Part shown: positions 18,814-24,800 of the stretch, piece by piece
Layout: the number at the start of each line of letters is the position of its first letter
Position numbering within the stretch: position 1 is the first letter of the stretch
Source: a virus
Taxonomy: Duplodnaviria; Caudoviricetes
IMG/VR virus record: IMGVR_UViG_3300038318_000053
Coordinates: 1-26,680 of that record
DNA length: 26,680 nt
Reading direction: 5' to 3' (one strand)
Made by a program: the position numbers and the translations under genes
The notes under the pieces: model-generated
The model's input: only the letters and a program-made list of their open reading frames with translations
Databases searched by the model: none
What the model was told of the DNA's origin: nothing

Positions 18814-21800
18814 AAACCATGGTGCGAGAACGTATAGTAATATGCGTTAAGAATCTACCTAAAACTCATAACTCTTAAAGCCTTATAAACTACAGCACAA
18901 GGATGAAATATGCCTAAATGCGAATGTGGGAAACTGTTAAAAATTATAAGGATAATCTATGATTGAAAAATCTAAGGGTGGTAAAAATAGATGATGAGTA
19001 GCGAAGTTCCGAACAGGAATGTGTTGAACGACTACCACGATGCAATAATAAGGTATGTGATAATACACGAAGCATCATATGTGGGTACAACTCAAGCGAG
19101 TTGGAAACGGTAGACCCCTTATATTAGGGTGAAGAAATAGTCTGAACAATTTATGAAAGTAAATGGAGATGAACAATCTCATTAAGAAGTAGCGATTCTT
19201 AATAAACGAAAAATAGACCGAAATGATTTCAGCTTCAACAGAATTTAAGAAAAGTGGATATTCTGATAAAGATAGTGCAAAATTGGCGAAAGTTGCATCT
19301 TGATTATAAGGATGAGTGTGTGGTGACATACATTAAGAATAGGGTGAATTGCTGGAAAGCTAAACTTAATTGAGCAAGCCAATCAGCATCCAAGATTTTG
19401 TTGAAATACAAAATAAGGTTCACAGACTATCGAAAGCAATCAAGTAAAATAATACTTGACAAATGTAACTAATTATGATATAATTAGAATAAGTCCAATA
19501 ATGGAACGAAGCGAGTAGAGTACACTTTAAGTAAAGTGGAAGTGCCCTATATCTGTAGATTACAGATAAAGATATAGTCGAAACTCATGTGAAAATATGA
19601 GAGGTTGTTTAAGGAGAAATAATATGGCGTGGTATATACCGCAATCACAGATGAATAATAACCCACTAGATAGAAAAATTGTAATAGATAAAATTAGTCA
19701 ATATGGATATAAGCCTATAAATAAGAATTTTGTTTATATTAATCAAGAAACAAAAATACCATGTTATGATTGGGATGGTTATATAGTAAATGTAGCGTAT
19801 GCAAGATTAGGTAAAGTAAAAAATTTTTTAAGGTTTGATACAAAAAGTAACTTAGAAAATTTTGTATATAATGCTAATATACTAGGCTCTAAACTTAATA
19901 ACAAATCCAAAGTTGTTAATGTGTATAAAACTTCTAAGGATAAAATACGTAAAAATAGTAGGATAGTTGTTGGGTGTATTTGTGATTGTGGAGAATATTT
20001 TGAAACTGATTGGGCAGAGTGGAGAATGGGGCGTAAATCAGTATGTGAAGATTGCATTACAAAATATTCTAAGTTAGAAATGACAGTAAGAAAATTTTTA
20101 GACTGGAATCATATTGCTTCTATATACCAATATAAATTTGATGATTGCGTATTAAAAAAATGTTTACCGTTTGATTTCTTTTGTCCCATGGAGAATTTAT
20201 GTATTGAAGTAGATGGAGAACAGCATCGAAAACCAAGAGCTTTTAATGGTGGAGATAAGGCTTTTGAAAATATTCAATCACGTGATAATATAAAAACGCA
20301 ATATTGTAAAAATAAAAATATTGCATTATTAAGAATAACGAATAAAGAAATTATAAATGGGAAATATCGAGACAAAATTCTTAAAGCAACCAATCGAAAG
20401 TAACGATTTCGATTTAATATAATTGTTATATCAGAACATCGCCGATGAACAATTAAGTGCGTCAGATGCATCGAGTGTAATTATTTCGCAGATGAAAGCG
20501 TTCAATATTACTGCGGATAAATCAACACATATCATTGATAGTATCAACGCCGTAAGTAACAATTTTGCCGTATCTTCAGGAGATATAGGTAGAGGATTAA
20601 CGTCAGCAGGTGCGGCGTTAAGTACATATGGTAACTCGTTTGAACAGACGATTGGGTAAATAACTTGCTCAAGTAAAACGACTTTAATTGACGGGGAAAC
20701 CCTAAAGTTTTATACACCAACTTATAATGGAGACATATATAAGGGCAAACAGTAATGTGTTTGGTATGGTAAAAGATATAAAGATATATGGGCAATCCGC
20801 AACCAAGCATCTAAAGAGTATAGATGAAGGCTCAAAGATTATCGAAAGCAATAAATGTAACTAATTAATTTTAGAATAAGTGCTATTAAGCAACGAAGTG
20901 AGTAGAGTAAAACACGAGTGTGTTTGAAAAGGGTCGGTCTAATATAGACATGATATAATCTAATCTTATGTGAGAGCATAAGGCAATAATTTGCATAAAG
21001 GATTAACGAACCTTTATAAATATAAATGTAGTGACAGCGGGTACTGAGGTAATGCACGGTAAAGCCCAACAAGTTGCGAGAGGGAGAATTTAGCCCTAGT
21101 TGTATAGAAATATGCAATAGCAACAGAAATATAAATACAAATCTAAACCCAGTAAATCCTAAAGTTCTAATAACTACAACGTAATGATGAAATAAGCATA
21201 AGCGTGAATGTGCGAAAGTATTAAAAATATTAGAAATGGCTCATGGTTGAAAAACCTAAAAGTTAATACAATGGAGTTTTGGGTGCAAAGCCTCGAATAG
21301 AGGTGTGTCTAACGACTATCCCATAGGTGAACATATCACAATAGGAGTAAGGCTACTATGTCTAAGGTAGCGGGTGAAATTCCCTTAATTTGAAATGATT
21401 TGCTCTTAACAGGTAATGCTGAAGATGAAGAAATAGTCTACTCTCGTATGAAAGTGCGAGGAATTTAATGTTGATAATAGGAATATATTATCAACATTAG
21501 TTCATTAAAGTGTGACGAACTTTAATAAATATCAAGGCTAAATACAGTCGCAGGGCGTGTAGCTAAAAACAGCGATGCCCTAGCGAAATATGGAGTATCA
21601 GTAAAAGATTCAAATGGGAATTTACGTTCAACATACGACATCTTAAAAGATTTATCGCCGCAATGGAATAAGATGTCAAACAGCGAGAAAGTTTCATTAG
21701 GAAATACATTAGCAGGTTAAATGATTTTAGCCCGTATAGACTTAATTGACGGGGAAGAAAAGGGTCGTGCCTTTTATCTATACTAATAGTATGGATGCCT

Positions 21801-24800
21801 AAAGTTTTGCATACCAACCTAAAGTGGTAACATATTTGGGGGCTTAAAGTAACTAATTAAGATATGGTAAAAAATGTAAAAATATATGGTCAATCCGCAA
21901 CGAAGATTCCATTGGAATATGGAATAACGCTCAACGCATATCGAAAGCAATTAGTATAATACTAATAAATGTAACTTTATTATATAAAGAATAAGTGGGG
22001 AATCCCAACGAAGCGAGTAGAGTAGGTCATAATGCTAATGACCGAAAGAGTCTACACTTAGGAATAAGTGAAAATATATGCTGGTCAACATAGGAAAACT
22101 ATGTGAGTATTTTATTGATAAAAAGGAAAAAGATGAAGAGAAAATTTGTAGATTTAACAGGTCGAAAATTTGGATTATTAACACCACTATATCGTACACA
22201 TATTGGAGACAATGGTAAAAAATTAGAAAAGATTAGTTATTATTGCTCTTGTGAATGTGGTGGACATTGTTATGCCACGTATACACAATTAGTAAATGGA
22301 AATATTACGAGTTGTGGATGTAATAGAGGGCACGGTGGCAAAAAATATAAACTTAAATTTTTAGATGTTAAAAAAACATTTAATGATAGAGAACTTATTT
22401 TAGATGCTAATGAATACATTAATTCTAAAACCGCAATGAATTGCCATGATGCAGACGGATATAAATATAGTTTATCAAACGACTCAGTTTCAGATAAAAG
22501 GACAAAATCATTTGATAGATTTTGTAAGAAAAACAAGTTTGTATTATATAATATACAACATTGGATAGATTTACATGGAGTTCAAACTAAGTTGCTTAAT
22601 ACAGAATATCATGGCGAGAGAGATGTCTTAAACTTAGTTTGCGAATGTGGTAGACCCTTTCAAAGTACATGGAATCATTTGCAAGTATTAGATAAAACTA
22701 AATGTTATACATGTTGTAATGGGTCTCGATTAGAACAAGATATAGAAGATTATTTAATTGAAAATGATGTGAAGTATGTTAGAGAAAAAACCTTTAAAGG
22801 ATGTCGTGATAAAATAAGTTTACGATTTGATTTTTATTTGCCTGAATATAATCATGTGATTGAAGTAAATGGGGCACAACATTATATAGAGGTGGATATG
22901 TTTATTGATACTTTGGCTGAAAGACAAAGAAGAGATAAAATAAAATTAAACTATTGCTTGAATCACGATATAGGATATACCGCAATTCCTTATTGGGATA
23001 TAACTGGGCACAAAGCAAATAATAAATATAAAGAAACAATCAATAAAATACTGAAATAATTTAGCACATTATTTCAAACACAAACGGTAAATCAATATAA
23101 GGTAACACAAAATAAAATGCCTTTAACAAACTATATCGGTTAAAATCTAGAGATAGACAAGACCGAGCAAAGACTTGACAACTGTCAAGAATGTGTAACG
23201 ACTGCGATAGCCTTTATGGTAACATATAGGTTTAAGTTTGTTCTTGTTATAAACAAGTAATATACAGTCTGAACTCACACTATAATCTAAATATGAAATG
23301 TGAGAAATAGCTAGAAATAACTATTCGCCTTGTAGTGAGGTCAGTAACCAACAATTTGATGGTGAAAGTAACAGAGTGATTTGCGGCAGTAATGGGAAAT
23401 TTCAAAACTGCCATCAAAGCTAATGAAACTGCGTTAAATTCTTCGGGTTCAGCCGCCAAAGAGAACTCGAAGTATATGCAAAGTTTAAGTGCTTAAAATT
23501 CGGATTTAGGTACTATATTATAGCGATATAATATAAGCAACAGACTTAATTGCTGGAAACCCCTTAGAGATTCATAAACTACAACATAATTAGAAATAAT
23601 AAGTGTGAATGTTAAAAAATTATGAATATTGGGCAATCAGCAGAGAAGCCTCACTTGAAATAGTGGGGAACTTTCAACGACTATTAAAAGCAATTAGTGT
23701 AATACTAATAAATGTAACTTTGGAACACAAAGAATAAGCCATTATAATGGACGAAGCGAGTAAAGTACATGATAAATTCATGGAAAGAGTCTGCTCTATG
23801 ATAAATAGATGAAAATATAGTCTATCCTCATGTGAAAGCATGAGAGAAATATAATAAATAGGTGAAAATATGGATTATGAGGAAATAAAGAATAAAGTTG
23901 AACAATATGGCTATGTGCTATTAAGCGATTCTTATAAAAGCAATAATGATATTATATATATAGCATTACCATATTATATGTTTGAAACAGATGAATATAT
24001 TAAAATTTTAAATACCTATTTATAAAATATTTCAAATAAGAGAAAGTCGAAGGATTAAAAGCGGCATGGCAAGAATTAATATTAGGAAACGGTGGATTAG
24101 TACAAGGGGCTAAAGTTTTACTTGATGTAGCTACTGGTTTTCTCAAATTGGGTGACTCTATTGGAGGAATACCTATAGCATTAACTGCGGCGGCGGCGGG
24201 GTTCGTTAGCTTGTTAATACATTTATCTAAATTTTCAGATGCGGCAACTAAAGCGGCAGAGGCGAGTAAAGAACTTACCATTATTCAAAAGGCAAGTGCT
24301 GGATGGGATGTATTAACAGCGGCGATATCAAAATACGCCTTAAAAATAAAAGATACTGCTGTTGCACAAGCATTTTTAAACAGCCAAATGTCAGCGATGT
24401 TAGCGGTCGCCGCACCGTATATAGCAATAGTGGCTGGAATCGTTGCTGGTGCATACGCATTAGATAAAGCCAACAAAAAATGGGGCGGTAGTCTTTCTAA
24501 TGATGCGGCGTTCCAAAAGGCATCTAAAAATATTGATGCATACAGTAAGAAACTCAAGAGTATGGAAAAGGGTACGCAATCCGATTTGAGTTCTGCAAGT
24601 GGAGATGCTAATTATTATAGTGCTTTATACGACCAGCTTATGGATATAACCGATGCAAATGGTAAAGTTAAAAAAGGTGAAGAGGCAAGAGCACAGTTCA
24701 TAACTGGCACGTTAAATAGTGCATTGGGCACTAATATGCAACTTCAGAATGGTATCATAACTGGGTTAAATGGCGAAAAGGGTGCTGTTGAAAAATTAAT

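Larger units (their letters stand above)
19301..20425 (+). mobile_element. TMP group I intron 2 (1125 nt) with endonuclease ORF in the P9 region
   Basis: P1 CATCT/GGATG; P10 TATAA/TTATA; P4 AATTGCTGGAA/AATCAGCA; P7 CA-GACTA/TAGTC-G; terminal G20425. Confidence 0.92.

Noticed and set aside
23176-23204. TTGACA in intron 6 as a promoter
   Set aside because: It is one arm of a hairpin (CTTGACA/TGTCAAG) and no -10 box follows at 16-18 nt.
18403-24042. TMP as a decayed pseudogene or a case of stop-codon recoding
   Set aside because: Fragments are separated by long structured inserts with group I cores and rejoin exactly in frame; ordinary genes here end in TAA, TAG and TGA.
18814-24042. Group II introns or retroelements
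   Set aside because: No reverse transcriptase ORF or GUGYG 5' ends; P7 and terminal G indicate group I.
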